Shown piece by piece: positions 36,402 to 45,885 of a DNA stretch of 64,000 nucleotides. The position numbers and the translations under genes are program-made. Each line of letters begins with the position of its first letter. The stretch's first letter is position 1. Under the pieces are notes generated by a model. That model searched no databases, had not been told where the DNA came from, and saw only the letters and a list, made by a program, of their open reading frames with translations. This DNA comes from Candidatus Binatia bacterium (GTDB lineage: Bacteria; Desulfobacterota; Binatia; UBA9968; JAJDTQ01). Where the stretch lies: positions 2,944,001-3,008,000 of the forward strand of contig OY762897.2 in the NCBI GenBank assembly GCA_963666515.2, given 5' to 3'.

Positions 36402-38471
36402 ATGGCGCGATATCGGGTAGCGGTGGACACCGGAGGGACCTTCTCCGACTTCGTTTTCTTCAACGAGGACAGCGGCGAGATCAGCATCACCAAGGTGCCC
36501 TCGACCCCCAGGGAGCCGTTCCAGGCGGTGCTCAACGGCGTGCAGGAACTGCTCGACCGGGGCGTGCCGGCGGGGGACGTGAGCTTCTTTTCCCACGGCA
36601 CCACCGTGGGCACCAACGCGCTGCTGGAGGAGAAGGGCGCGGTCACCGGGCTGCTGGTGACCGAGGGCTTCCGCGGCATCTACGAGGTCATGGAGCAGAG
36701 CCGGGGCTACGGTCCGGTGACCTACGACCTGTTCTTCGAGAAACCCCGGCTGCTGGCTTCCCCGTACACCACCGAGGAGGTCCGCGAGCGGGTGGACTTC
36801 CAGGGCAACGCGCTCACCCCGGTGGACCCGGCGCAGGCGGCCGGGGCCGTCCGCCGCCTCAAGGCCAAGGGCGTCGAGTCCGTGGCCGTCTGCTTCCTGT
36901 TCTCGTTCCTGAACCTGGAGCACGAGCTGGCAGTGAAGAAGATCATGGCCGAGGAGTTCCCGGAGGCCAGCCTGTCGCTGTCGTGCGAGGTGCTGCCGCA
37001 GATCCGCGAGTTCTACCGGATGAGCACCACGGTTATCAACGCCTACATCGCGCCGGTGATGAGCCGCTATCTGAACGCGCTGGAGGACCGCCTGCGGGAG
37101 ATGGGCGTCACCACGCCGCAGCTCTACATCATGCAGTCCAACGGCGGCGTGTCCACCTTCCGGACCTCGGCGCGCATCCCCGTGGCCACGGTGCTCTCCG
37201 GGCCGGCGGGCGGCGTGATCTCGTCGCTGGGCGCCAGCGGCAAGGTGGGCATCGACAACATCATCACCTTCGACATGGGCGGCACCAGTTGCGACGTGGC
37301 GCTGATCCACCAGGGCCGCCCGGTGGTCACCACCCAGGGGCGCATCAGCCAGCGGCCCATCAGCCTGCCCATGCTCGACATCCACACTGTGAGCGCGGGC
37401 GGCGGCACCATCGCGCGCATCGACTCGGTGGGGGCGCTCCAGGTGGGACCCGACAGCGCCGGCGCCGATCCCGGCCCCATCTGCTACGACCGCGGCGGCG
37501 AGAACGCCACCGTCACCGACGCCAACGTCATCCTGGGGGTGCTGGACCCCGACCACTTCCTCGGCGGCCGCCTCACCCTCGACAAAGCCAAGGCCGAGTC
37601 GCTGGTGGAGGAGCGCATCGCCAAGCCGCTGGGGCTGAGCCTGCACGAAGCCGCGGACGGCATTCTCAGAATCATCAACGTCAAGATGGAGGAAGCCATC
37701 AAGGCGGTGTCGTCCCAGCGCGGCTACGACATCCGGGAGTTCACCCTGGTGGCCTTCGGCGGCGCCGGTCCCATGCACGCGGGACGGCTGGCGCTGGACC
37801 TGGGCATCCCGACGCTGCTGGTGCCACTGACGCCGGGGGTCAACTCGGCGCTGGGCCTCCTCATGTCGGACGTGAAGCACGACCACGTGCGCTCCAAGCT
37901 GGCGCCGATGCAGGAGCTGGAGTCCGGCGACATCAACGTCCTGTTCGACCAGCTCGTGCGGCAGGCGCGGGAAGAATTGTCGGAAGAGGGCTTTTCGGAC
38001 CGGGACATCGTGCTGACGCCGTACCTGGACCTGCGCTACGCGGGACAGGGTTACGAACTGACGGTGCCGTGCCCGAACCCGCCGCTCAAGCCCGAGGACA
38101 TGGAGCTGGTGCAGCAGCGCTTCCACGAGGTCCACGAGCAGGCGCACGGCCACAAGGCCGAGTCCGAGCCGGTAGAGCTGGTGAGCGTGCGGCTGGTGTC
38201 CGAGGGGCGGGTGCCGCAGACCCGGCTGTCGCCGTTCAAGGCCACGGGGCTGCGTGTGGCCGACGCACGCACCGGCGAGCGCCGGATCTTCTTCGGCCGT
38301 GACCAGGGCTTCCAGGACACGCCCATCTACGACCGGGACCGCCTGGAGCCCGGACACGAGCTGGCCGGCCCCGCGGTGGTGGAGCAGATGGACACCACCA
38401 CCGTCATTCATCCGGAGCAGCAGGCGCGGGTGGACGACTACAAGAACCTGATCATCACGGCGAAAGATTAG
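36402..38471 (+). CDS. Hydantoinase A / 5-oxoprolinase ATP-binding subunit
   Basis: VDTGGTFSD, HGTTVGTN, SGPAGG, DMGGTS, GPDSAGADPGP, FGGAG. Confidence 0.95.
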   Translation: MARYRVAVDTGGTFSDFVFFNEDSGEISITKVPSTPREPFQAVLNGVQELLDRGVPAGDVSFFSHGTTVGTNALLEEKGAVTGLLVTEGFRGIYEVMEQSRGYGPVTYDLFFEKPRLLASPYTTEEVRERVDFQGNALTPVDPAQAAGAVRRLKAKGVESVAVCFLFSFLNLEHELAVKKIMAEEFPEASLSLSCEVLPQIREFYRMSTTVINAYIAPVMSRYLNALEDRLREMGVTTPQLYIMQSNGGVSTFRTSARIPVATVLSGPAGGVISSLGASGKVGIDNIITFDMGGTSCDVALIHQGRPVVTTQGRISQRPISLPMLDIHTVSAGGGTIARIDSVGALQVGPDSAGADPGPICYDRGGENATVTDANVILGVLDPDHFLGGRLTLDKAKAESLVEERIAKPLGLSLHEAADGILRIINVKMEEAIKAVSSQRGYDIREFTLVAFGGAGPMHAGRLALDLGIPTLLVPLTPGVNSALGLLMSDVKHDHVRSKLAPMQELESGDINVLFDQLVRQAREELSEEGFSDRDIVLTPYLDLRYAGQGYELTVPCPNPPLKPEDMELVQQRFHEVHEQAHGHKAESEPVELVSVRLVSEGRVPQTRLSPFKATGLRVADARTGERRIFFGRDQGFQDTPIYDRDRLEPGHELAGPAVVEQMDTTTVIHPEQQARVDDYKNLIITAKD

Positions 38472-38476
38472 AAATG

Positions 38477-38516
38477 GCGTCCTTCGACTTCGCTACGCTA
38501 CGCTCAGGACGAACGG
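38477..38516. repeat. REP-like palindrome family B, single copy
   Basis: gcgtccttcgacttcgctacgctacgctcaggacgaacgg; related to copies at 52698 and 53303. Confidence 0.8.
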
Positions 38517-38563
38517 AAAATCGTTTCGCGACTACGGGCCAACCGCCTGCCGGGAGATAGGCC

Positions 38564-40351
38564 ATGGCACATCCGGAATCCAGCATGGACACCGCCTCCT
38601 CCGCCGATCCCATCACCATGCAGGTGATCCAGGCGCGGCTGGCCGGCATCGTGCAGGAGATGCAGAACTCGCTCTTCCGCACCGGCTTCTCCACCATCAT
38701 CCGCGAGTCCCAGGACGCGAGCTGCGCGCTACTCACCTGCGACGGCGAGGTGGCGGCGCAGCACGTGGTGCTGCCGCTCCACATGGGGGCCTTCCCGGCC
38801 TGCGCCCAGGGGGTGCTACGGAACTACGGGCCGGAAGATATCCACGAGGGCGACGCCTACATCACCAACCACCCCTACCTCGGCGGCAGCCCCCACGCCC
38901 CGGACATGTGCGTGATGACGCCGATCTTCTTCGACGGCGAGTGGGTGGGCTTCTCCGCCACCATGGCGCACAAGAGCGACATCGGCGGGCCGGTGCCCGG
39001 GAGCTGCTGGAGCCAGGCCCGGGAGGTGTACCAGGAGGGGCTCCAGGTGCCGCCGGTCAAGTACATCGACCGCTTCAGGACCAGCAAGGACATCGAGGAG
39101 ATCATCGGCTGCAACAGCCGCACACCCGAGCTGGTGGTGGGCGACATCCGCGGGCAGGTGGGCGCGGCGCGCCTGGGCGAGCGGCGCTTCGGCGAGATGA
39201 TGGCCAAGTACGGCCGCGAGACGGTGCTCGCCTGCTACGACCGGCTGTTCCGCCTCACCGAAGAACGGGTGCGCAACGAGATCGCCACTTGGCCCGACAG
39301 GAGCGCCGAGGGCGAGCGCTTCCTGGACAGCGACGGCATCGACCTCGACAAGCCGGTGCGCATCCGGGTGCGCATCGACAAGAAGGGCGACCGCCTGCTG
39401 TTCGACTTCACCGGCAGCGCGGACCAGACCCGCGGTCCGGCCAACATCCGGCCGTCGGTGGTGCGGGCGGCGTGCTCCTACTGCCTCACCGCCCTTACCG
39501 ACCCGGCGCTTCCCACCAACCAGGGGCTGGCGCGGGTGGTGGAGGTGAATTGCCCCGAAGGAAGCGTGCTCAACCCCCGCTTCCCGGCGCCCGTAAACAC
39601 CTACAACCCCACCGTGCACGCCCTGGTGGAGGCGCTGTTCGAGGCCCTGAGCCAGCTCACCCCGGTCAAGAAGATCGCCGACGGCTGCGCCAGCCGCTCC
39701 ATCATCATCGGTGGGAAGAACGAGAAGACCGGCCGGAGCTACGTCCAGTACGAGATCTTCGGCGGCGGCTCCGGCGCCCGCTCCGGCAAGGACGGCGTCT
39801 CCGGCACCAACGTCAACCAGTCCAACGCCCGCATCGCCCCCATCGAGATCATCGAGTCGGAGTTCGATACCCGGCTGCGCCGTTTCGAGTTGGTGCGGGA
39901 CTCCGGCGGCACCGGCCAGTTCCGCGGCGGCTTGGGCTTCGTCCGGGAGTACGAGTTCCTCAACCCCGAGGGCCGCTTCTCCCTCCGCTCCACCAAGCAC
40001 GTGGTGGCGCCCAAGGGCGTGGAAGGCGGCGGCAACGGCCGCACCGGCAAGGGCATCCTCAACCCCGGCTCCCAGGAAGAACGGGAGATCCCCTCCCGGT
40101 GCTCCGACGTCGCCGTGCGCCGGGCCGACGTGTTCCGCCTGGAAACCCCCGGAGGCGGGGGCCTGGGCGAGCCCCTGGACCGCGACGCCGAAGCGGTGCT
40201 GAGAGACGTCAGGAACGGCTACGTCTCGCCGGAGAACGCTCTGGAGACTTACGGCGTGGCAGTGCTGGAAACGGGTGGCACCTTCGTGCTGGACGAGGCG
40301 CGGACGGAGACGGCGCGGCGGGAACACGGACGGGCGGCCCGGTACTCCTGA
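38564..40351 (+). CDS. Hydantoinase B / oxoprolinase subunit, copy 1
   Basis: NHPYLGGSPHAPD, AHKSDIGG, QEGL, DSGGTGQFRGG, PGGGGLG. Confidence 0.95.
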   Translation: MAHPESSMDTASSADPITMQVIQARLAGIVQEMQNSLFRTGFSTIIRESQDASCALLTCDGEVAAQHVVLPLHMGAFPACAQGVLRNYGPEDIHEGDAYITNHPYLGGSPHAPDMCVMTPIFFDGEWVGFSATMAHKSDIGGPVPGSCWSQAREVYQEGLQVPPVKYIDRFRTSKDIEEIIGCNSRTPELVVGDIRGQVGAARLGERRFGEMMAKYGRETVLACYDRLFRLTEERVRNEIATWPDRSAEGERFLDSDGIDLDKPVRIRVRIDKKGDRLLFDFTGSADQTRGPANIRPSVVRAACSYCLTALTDPALPTNQGLARVVEVNCPEGSVLNPRFPAPVNTYNPTVHALVEALFEALSQLTPVKKIADGCASRSIIIGGKNEKTGRSYVQYEIFGGGSGARSGKDGVSGTNVNQSNARIAPIEIIESEFDTRLRRFELVRDSGGTGQFRGGLGFVREYEFLNPEGRFSLRSTKHVVAPKGVEGGGNGRTGKGILNPGSQEEREIPSRCSDVAVRRADVFRLETPGGGGLGEPLDRDAEAVLRDVRNGYVSPENALETYGVAVLETGGTFVLDEARTETARREHGRAARYS

Positions 40352-40399
40352 GTGACTGCATGATCGCCATGTCCGCCAAGCCGGCGCAGATGCCCGCGT

Positions 40400-40428
40400 C
40401 CGTCATTCCGGCGAAAGCCGGAATCCAG
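40400..40428. repeat. REP-like palindrome family A, single copy
   Basis: ccgtcattccggcgaaagccggaatccag. Confidence 0.85.
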
Positions 40429-40472
40429 GGGGCGAAGGGCCTGGGCTCCAATGACGATATGAACCCGTGTCC

Positions 40473-42239
40473 ATGACCCACACCGCCGACCCCATCACCG
40501 TCCAGGTCATCCGCGCCGCCCTCGACGGCATCGTGCAGGAGATGCAGACCTCGCTCTTCCGCACGGGCTTCTCCACCATCATCCGGGAATCCCACGACGC
40601 CAGTTGCGCGATCCTGAACACCAACGCCGAAGTCATCGCCCAGCACGTCGTGCTGCCGCTCCACATGGGCGCCTTCCCGGCCTGTACCGAGGGGTTGCTC
40701 GAACGGTTTTCGCCGGACGAGCTGCGGGAAGGCGACGCCTACATCGTCAACCACCCCTACCGCGGCGGCAGCCCACACGCCCCGGACATGGGCGTGCTGA
40801 CACCTGTCTTCTACCAGAGCGAATGGGTGGGCTTCTGCGCCAGCATGGCCCACAAGAGCGACATCGGCGGCACCGTGCCCGGCAGCGGCTCGGGTACTGC
40901 CAGGGAGATATTCCAGGAAGGGCTCCACCTGCCGGCGGTGAAGTTCATGGATGCGGGCCGGCCCGTGCGCGAGTTGGAGTGGTTCATCCATGCCAACAGC
41001 CGCACACCGGAGGTGGTGGTGGGCGACATCCGCGGCCAGGTGGGCGCCAACCGGCTGGGCGAGAGGCGGCTGGCCGAGCTGCTGGACAAGTACGGCAAGG
41101 ACACGGTGGTGGCCTCCACCGAGGAGCTGGCCGGACACGCCGAGCGCCGCCTGCGCCAGGTCATCGCCTCATGGCCCGACGGCCGTTACCAGGGCGAGGC
41201 CTGTGTCGACAACGACGGCATCGACCTCGACAAGCCCGTGCGCATCCGCGTCACCGTGGAAAAGACCGGCGACCGCATCCTGTTCGACTTCTCGGAATGC
41301 AGCCCCCAGACCACCGGCCCGGCCAACATCCGCCCTCCCCTGGTGCGGGCCTGCTGCTACTACTGCCTCATCGCCCTCATCGACCCGTTCCTGCCCATCA
41401 ACCAGGGGCTGGCGCGGGTGGTGGAAACCCGATTCCGCCAGGGCAGCGTCGTCTGCCCCGACTTTCCCGCCGCGGTGAACGCCTACATGCCCACCGCGCT
41501 GGTGGTGGCCGAGGCCGTCCTACAGGCCATGAGCACCCTGGTGCCCGACAAGACCATCGCCGAGGGCTCCGGCAGCGGCGCCATCGCCCTGGGCGGCCGC
41601 GCCCGCGACGGCAAGCGCAGCTACGTCCAGTACGAGATCTTCGCCGGCGGCGTCGGCGGCCGGAACGGCAAGGACGGCGCCTCTGCCACCTCCTTCCACC
41701 TGAGCAACGGCAAGATCGCCCCCGTCGAGATCATCGAGTCCGAGTTCCCCACCCAAGTGGAGCGCTTCGAGCTGCTGCCCGACTCCGGCGGTCCCGGCCG
41801 CCACCGAGGCGGCCTCGGCTTTGTCCGCGAGTACCGCATCCTCCAGGACGAGGTCCGCTTCTCCATGCGCACCGACAAGCACGCCCTCGCCCCCCAGGGC
41901 ATCGACGGCGGCCACCCCGGCGGCACCGGCGGCTGCATCATCAACCCCGGCGCCGACGACGAGCGCAGCATGCCGTCCCGCTTCGGCGACCAGCGGTTGA
42001 AGACCGGCGACGTGCTACGAGTGGAGCGGCCGGGTGGCGGGGGCGTGGGAGCGGCGTTCCGGCGAAATCCGGAGGCCGTGCTGGACGACGTGCGGCAGGG
42101 GTATGTTTCCGTCGAGAGGGCACAGAGTGACTACGGCGTCATGATCCGTGTCGATGGCAGGGAGTTCGCCGCGGATTCGGACGCGACTAAAAAGTTGCGA
42201 GCACGTGGGCGGGACACTCCAATCGACACCCAGGGGTAA
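40473..42239 (+). CDS. Hydantoinase B / oxoprolinase subunit, copy 2
   Basis: Collinear paralogue of 38564-40351 with the same motifs. Confidence 0.95.
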   Translation: MTHTADPITVQVIRAALDGIVQEMQTSLFRTGFSTIIRESHDASCAILNTNAEVIAQHVVLPLHMGAFPACTEGLLERFSPDELREGDAYIVNHPYRGGSPHAPDMGVLTPVFYQSEWVGFCASMAHKSDIGGTVPGSGSGTAREIFQEGLHLPAVKFMDAGRPVRELEWFIHANSRTPEVVVGDIRGQVGANRLGERRLAELLDKYGKDTVVASTEELAGHAERRLRQVIASWPDGRYQGEACVDNDGIDLDKPVRIRVTVEKTGDRILFDFSECSPQTTGPANIRPPLVRACCYYCLIALIDPFLPINQGLARVVETRFRQGSVVCPDFPAAVNAYMPTALVVAEAVLQAMSTLVPDKTIAEGSGSGAIALGGRARDGKRSYVQYEIFAGGVGGRNGKDGASATSFHLSNGKIAPVEIIESEFPTQVERFELLPDSGGPGRHRGGLGFVREYRILQDEVRFSMRTDKHALAPQGIDGGHPGGTGGCIINPGADDERSMPSRFGDQRLKTGDVLRVERPGGGGVGAAFRRNPEAVLDDVRQGYVSVERAQSDYGVMIRVDGREFAADSDATKKLRARGRDTPIDTQG

Positions 42240-42327
42240 CGTCAAGTCACTCTGCGCCAAGCGGGGAGTCAAGATGACCGACGCCATACGCGAACTGCTG
42301 GAGGACAAATTTGGCGAAGCGGAGTGA
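42238..42327 (+). pseudogene. 5'-truncated ribbon-helix-helix (ParG-like) gene remnant
   Basis: NVKSLCAKRGVKMTDAIRELLEDKFGEAE* resembles the two RHH helices, lacks the N-terminal beta strand, and overlaps the methyltransferase start. Confidence 0.45.
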
Positions 42328-43099
42328 CATTCGTCGCGGACAACCTGAGTTGTCGTTTGACGCTGCCGAGCCGGCCGGGTCAGCCGCCGCCCATCCTCCA
42401 GAATCCGAGAAGCGAACGAAGCGCGTCGTTCGGAACGGGGCAGCGACAAATGCACTGGTCTTAAGCGCCTATGAAGAAGGGAACGACCAGATATTTCCAC
42501 GTATTCTCGCGTTGTATGTAAAGCCGGGCAGTATCGTCGCCGACGTAACCCACGGCAAAGGAGTCTTCTGGCGAAACATTCCGCCTGACCTGTACGACCT
42601 TCGTGCAACTGACATTCAGGACGGTGTTGACTGCCGGAGCCTTCCCTATGCCGATGGGACCATCGACTGTGTCGTCCTGGATCCTCCCTATATGCATACC
42701 CCGGGAGGAACCGCCCATCAGTCTCACTCGCCATTCGAGAGCTACTACGCCAACAACCGGTGCAAGGCACCCAGCAAAGCGAAATACCACGACGCCGTAC
42801 TGGAACTCTATCGGGAAGCCGCTCGCGAAGCCTACCGGGTGCTGCGTAAGCGAGGCGTCTTCATCGTGAAGTGCCAGGACGAAGTCTGCGCCAACCGGCA
42901 ACGCTTCACGCATGTCGAGATAATGGAAATGTGCCGCGGCATGAAATTCGTGGCTGAAGACCTGTTCGTCGCGGTTCGGAACAACCGTCCCGGCGTCAGC
43001 CGCGTCGTCAAGCAAGTCCACGCGCGCAAGAACCACTCCTATTTCCTCGTATTCTGGAAAAGCAACGGACGAGATCGTTTGTGGGAGCCACCGAGCTGA
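42311..43099 (+). CDS. Orphan DNA amino-(N6A/N4C)-methyltransferase
   Basis: ADVTHGKGVFW (SAM binding) followed by VVLDPPY; EAYRVLRKRGVFIVKCQD; HARKNHSYFLVF; GGAGG then TTG. Confidence 0.8.
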   Translation: MAKRSDIRRGQPELSFDAAEPAGSAAAHPPESEKRTKRVVRNGAATNALVLSAYEEGNDQIFPRILALYVKPGSIVADVTHGKGVFWRNIPPDLYDLRATDIQDGVDCRSLPYADGTIDCVVLDPPYMHTPGGTAHQSHSPFESYYANNRCKAPSKAKYHDAVLELYREAAREAYRVLRKRGVFIVKCQDEVCANRQRFTHVEIMEMCRGMKFVAEDLFVAVRNNRPGVSRVVKQVHARKNHSYFLVFWKSNGRDRLWEPPS

Positions 43100-43235
43100 A
43101 TCCCATCGACCTGATGGTGGCCGTGATTAGGGATCACCTCCCCGGAGTCGATCTGGAGAGGCTCACCACTGGAGGATACTGCCACGTCGGGAAAGCGGGC
43201 GGCCTGCCCTGGAGAGAGACCGCCCGCAAAGGAGT

Positions 43236-43580
43236 TTATGTTGCTGACGTCGCATTACCGCGATCAAGCAATGCAAGGATGCTGCCCAGCACTGCCAAGG
43301 CCATGAAGATGGCAACGAGTGTGCCACCAACGACCGCCGTAATGACCGACACTACCAACAGCAGGATGCTCGCCAGCTTGCCCTTGGCGGCGATTGTGGC
43401 CGCGCCCAACGCAATGACCAGGAACGAGCAGAAGACGCCAGCCCAGCCAAGGCCGACGACGGTATCCGCGCCTTCGGCTTCGAATGCCCCGCCGACGCCG
43501 CCGATGAACAGCGTGACGAAGGCCGCCATTACGGCCATCACGCCCGCCACGATACCGATGATTCCTCCAGCCTTTTTCAT
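43236..43580 (-). CDS. Small integral membrane protein (about 4 TM)
   Basis: 114 aa, Gly/Ala-rich and hydrophobic; GAGG ribosome-binding site. Confidence 0.75.
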   Translation of the reverse strand: MKKAGGIIGIVAGVMAVMAAFVTLFIGGVGGAFEAEGADTVVGLGWAGVFCSFLVIALGAATIAAKGKLASILLLVVSVITAVVGGTLVAIFMALAVLGSILALLDRGNATSAT

Positions 43581-43584
43581 GACG

Positions 43585-43893
43585 TCACCTCGGCCGGATG
43601 CTGTACTTGATCTTCAAGTTCGCGTATGTGGGAACATCCATCGCCACGGCCTGAAGGGCATGCCCCTCGATGAACCCATTGGCGACGCCCAGGAACTTGT
43701 CCCCATCGTACAGTCGAATCGTGGCGCTGCCCTTGTCGCACGTAGCGCTGCCGTCGATGGAAACACCCATCGAGGACGCCGACGCCCGCCACGCCTCCAG
43801 ATCGCACTTGCCCACGTGATCATCGCAGGCTAGGGCCGTAGCGACACCAAGGAGCACCGTCGCAAGGACGACGGTGAGACAACCTGCTCTCAT
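43585..43893 (-). CDS. Hypothetical secreted protein
   Basis: Signal peptide ending ALA, three Cys in the mature part; GAGGAGG ribosome-binding site. Confidence 0.7.
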   Translation of the reverse strand: MRAGCLTVVLATVLLGVATALACDDHVGKCDLEAWRASASSMGVSIDGSATCDKGSATIRLYDGDKFLGVANGFIEGHALQAVAMDVPTYANLKIKYSIRPR

Positions 43894-44570
43894 TCTTCAC
43901 CTCCTCGCAGTTGGGGGCCATGTCCCGGCGGGATTGCCGGGCCATGTGACCACTGCAACGGAGTTGAAGCGTTCCGCGTATTCGCCGGGCTTGGGGAGCG
44001 ACCCCTTGCCGGGTACAGGCTCTTGTATTCAGCGGATGACCCGACACGGGACTCCGCACAGTGGTCACGGGTGAGACGCTAGGACAGATGTTGGCGGGTT
44101 GTCAAGTACCCAAATGGAGGGAGGGAATCGGGACGAAGCACCCCGACAGCAAGACGCCAAAGACGCTGGAAAGATACTACAGAGACGGACCCGATGAAGG
44201 CCGTGGACGACTTGCTGGAGCGAGTGCTGGCGGGAGCGGGAGTTAGGAAGCCGGATGTTTCCCCGGAACCTCAAGAGACCTGAAACAGAAGGTCGCCGAC
44301 GACCATTTCACTGACGCGCCACAGCGCTTGAATCTGCCCGTCCATCAGAAGATCGCACTTCTGCGACCCCTGATTCCAGCGGGCCCTACCCCGAAGTTCA
44401 GGCTTTCCTTGCGGCGCACGAAAATCACAGTCTCCGTGCAACAAGCAGTAACCACATCGCGGATGGCATTGAGGAAAGTCGACCTGGAAGGCCAGTACAA
44501 GCCAGCAGCCGTCAGCGTCAGGTGAATAACTATCTGTGCACTGGACCCGTCAACGTTTCGCCGTTCCACC

Positions 44571-44948
44571 TCACTTCTTCGTTCCAGCACCCTCTTCCAG
44601 CTGCTTCCTTAGTTTCTCCAGTTGCGTGCTCGTCCTCGCGTGCAAGGCTTGTATACAATTCACCTGTTTCCCCACATTTCTCGCCTCGCCTCCGCATTCT
44701 GACACTTCAGCCCAACTAGTCGAAGGCAGCTCTCCACGCTGTCGTTCAATAGCTGTTCTTTTCGCAACCTCCCTCTTCAGTTCTCTTTGAACTTCCTCTA
44801 GCCGTCGCTGCAAGTCTTCATTCTCACCCCTCAGCGTCGCCAGCGAACCCACCATATTGATGATTACGATAACCAAAACGATCATTGTCGCAAAAACCGC
44901 TGTGCGACTCCCCAACTTGTCGAGCCATGCCTTAATCGCCACTCTCAT
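44571..44948 (-). CDS. Hypothetical membrane-anchored coiled-coil protein
   Basis: One TM, then heptad repeats with a Cys pair; overlaps the upstream gene. Confidence 0.65.
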   Translation of the reverse strand: MRVAIKAWLDKLGSRTAVFATMIVLVIVIINMVGSLATLRGENEDLQRRLEEVQRELKREVAKRTAIERQRGELPSTSWAEVSECGGEARNVGKQVNCIQALHARTSTQLEKLRKQLEEGAGTKK

Positions 44949-45690
44949 CGCCGAACACCTTTCTGAGTTCCCGCCCCAGGATCTCGTCTGCGGTTCGTCC
45001 TTGCGTTATCGTATAATAGCTCGATAGAAACGACGCTAACCCCAAGAAAATTACGTACAGCGCTCTCGTTGACGCTGCCTCGCCATCCTCCATCGGTGTT
45101 GGCCCGTGACCGGCCGTCAGCAGAAAGTACGACACGAAATCTAAAATCAAAGACGCTGTAACTAGTACTGGCCATCGACTCTTCGGCGCGTGTTCTTGGA
45201 GAAAAAAAGATAATTCCATACCAATCATTAACAAAATCAACGCTCTGGTGGCGGCAAAGGACAACTCATAACGAACCGCCACGGTCTCCGCCTCGGGTGC
45301 TGTAATCACCTGTGCAGATAGCACCAATAGTATCGACGCCGCCGGCAGAATCCACTTGGCGAAACTCCTAGGCACTGAGTCCATAGTCGAGTAGTATTGA
45401 CTGTAAACTTCTTCGTAGTCACTCTCTAATTGCTGCTTATACGAATATGATTTGACCAAAATCACGCCGTAAAAAACGATCAGGACAGCAGTCGTACTAT
45501 ATATTGCTTCGGCTTTAGTACCAAGGCCCAAAACAAGAAGGACATCGGAGAAAAAAGAGAGGTACACCACAAGACCGATGACGCATAAAACCAAGAAACC
45601 GGCGGCCGCAGAACTCGCAGTGTCTGTTTCGGTGGCCTCAACTTCATCAACTACGTCAGCACTTTCGTCTGTCAATTTTTCCTCAGGCAT
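44932..45690 (-). CDS. Hypothetical polytopic membrane protein
   Basis: 252 aa, about 6 TM segments, visibly AT-richer than flanking genes. Confidence 0.7.
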   Translation of the reverse strand: MPEEKLTDESADVVDEVEATETDTASSAAAGFLVLCVIGLVVYLSFFSDVLLVLGLGTKAEAIYSTTAVLIVFYGVILVKSYSYKQQLESDYEEVYSQYYSTMDSVPRSFAKWILPAASILLVLSAQVITAPEAETVAVRYELSFAATRALILLMIGMELSFFLQEHAPKSRWPVLVTASLILDFVSYFLLTAGHGPTPMEDGEAASTRALYVIFLGLASFLSSYYTITQGRTADEILGRELRKVFGDESGD

Positions 45691-45885
45691 CGGACACCCA
45701 CTTCATGATCTTGTTGCCATACAAAATGGCCGTAGACTACGGTTGAAACTAACACGCGGCTTAACGTATCACATCGTCCGAATGGGGGCGCAACCTTTAG
45801 TTCGGAGGGGTTGAGAGAGGGGATAAGCGCGTTAATCACGAGTTTTGGCAGAAGAACCAATCATCGGCATCGTGATGCTCGGCCC

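Noticed and set aside
44060-44560. Short ORF fragments between the two accessory gene pairs
   Set aside because: No convincing start, family motif or consistent frame; may be decayed DNA but cannot be called
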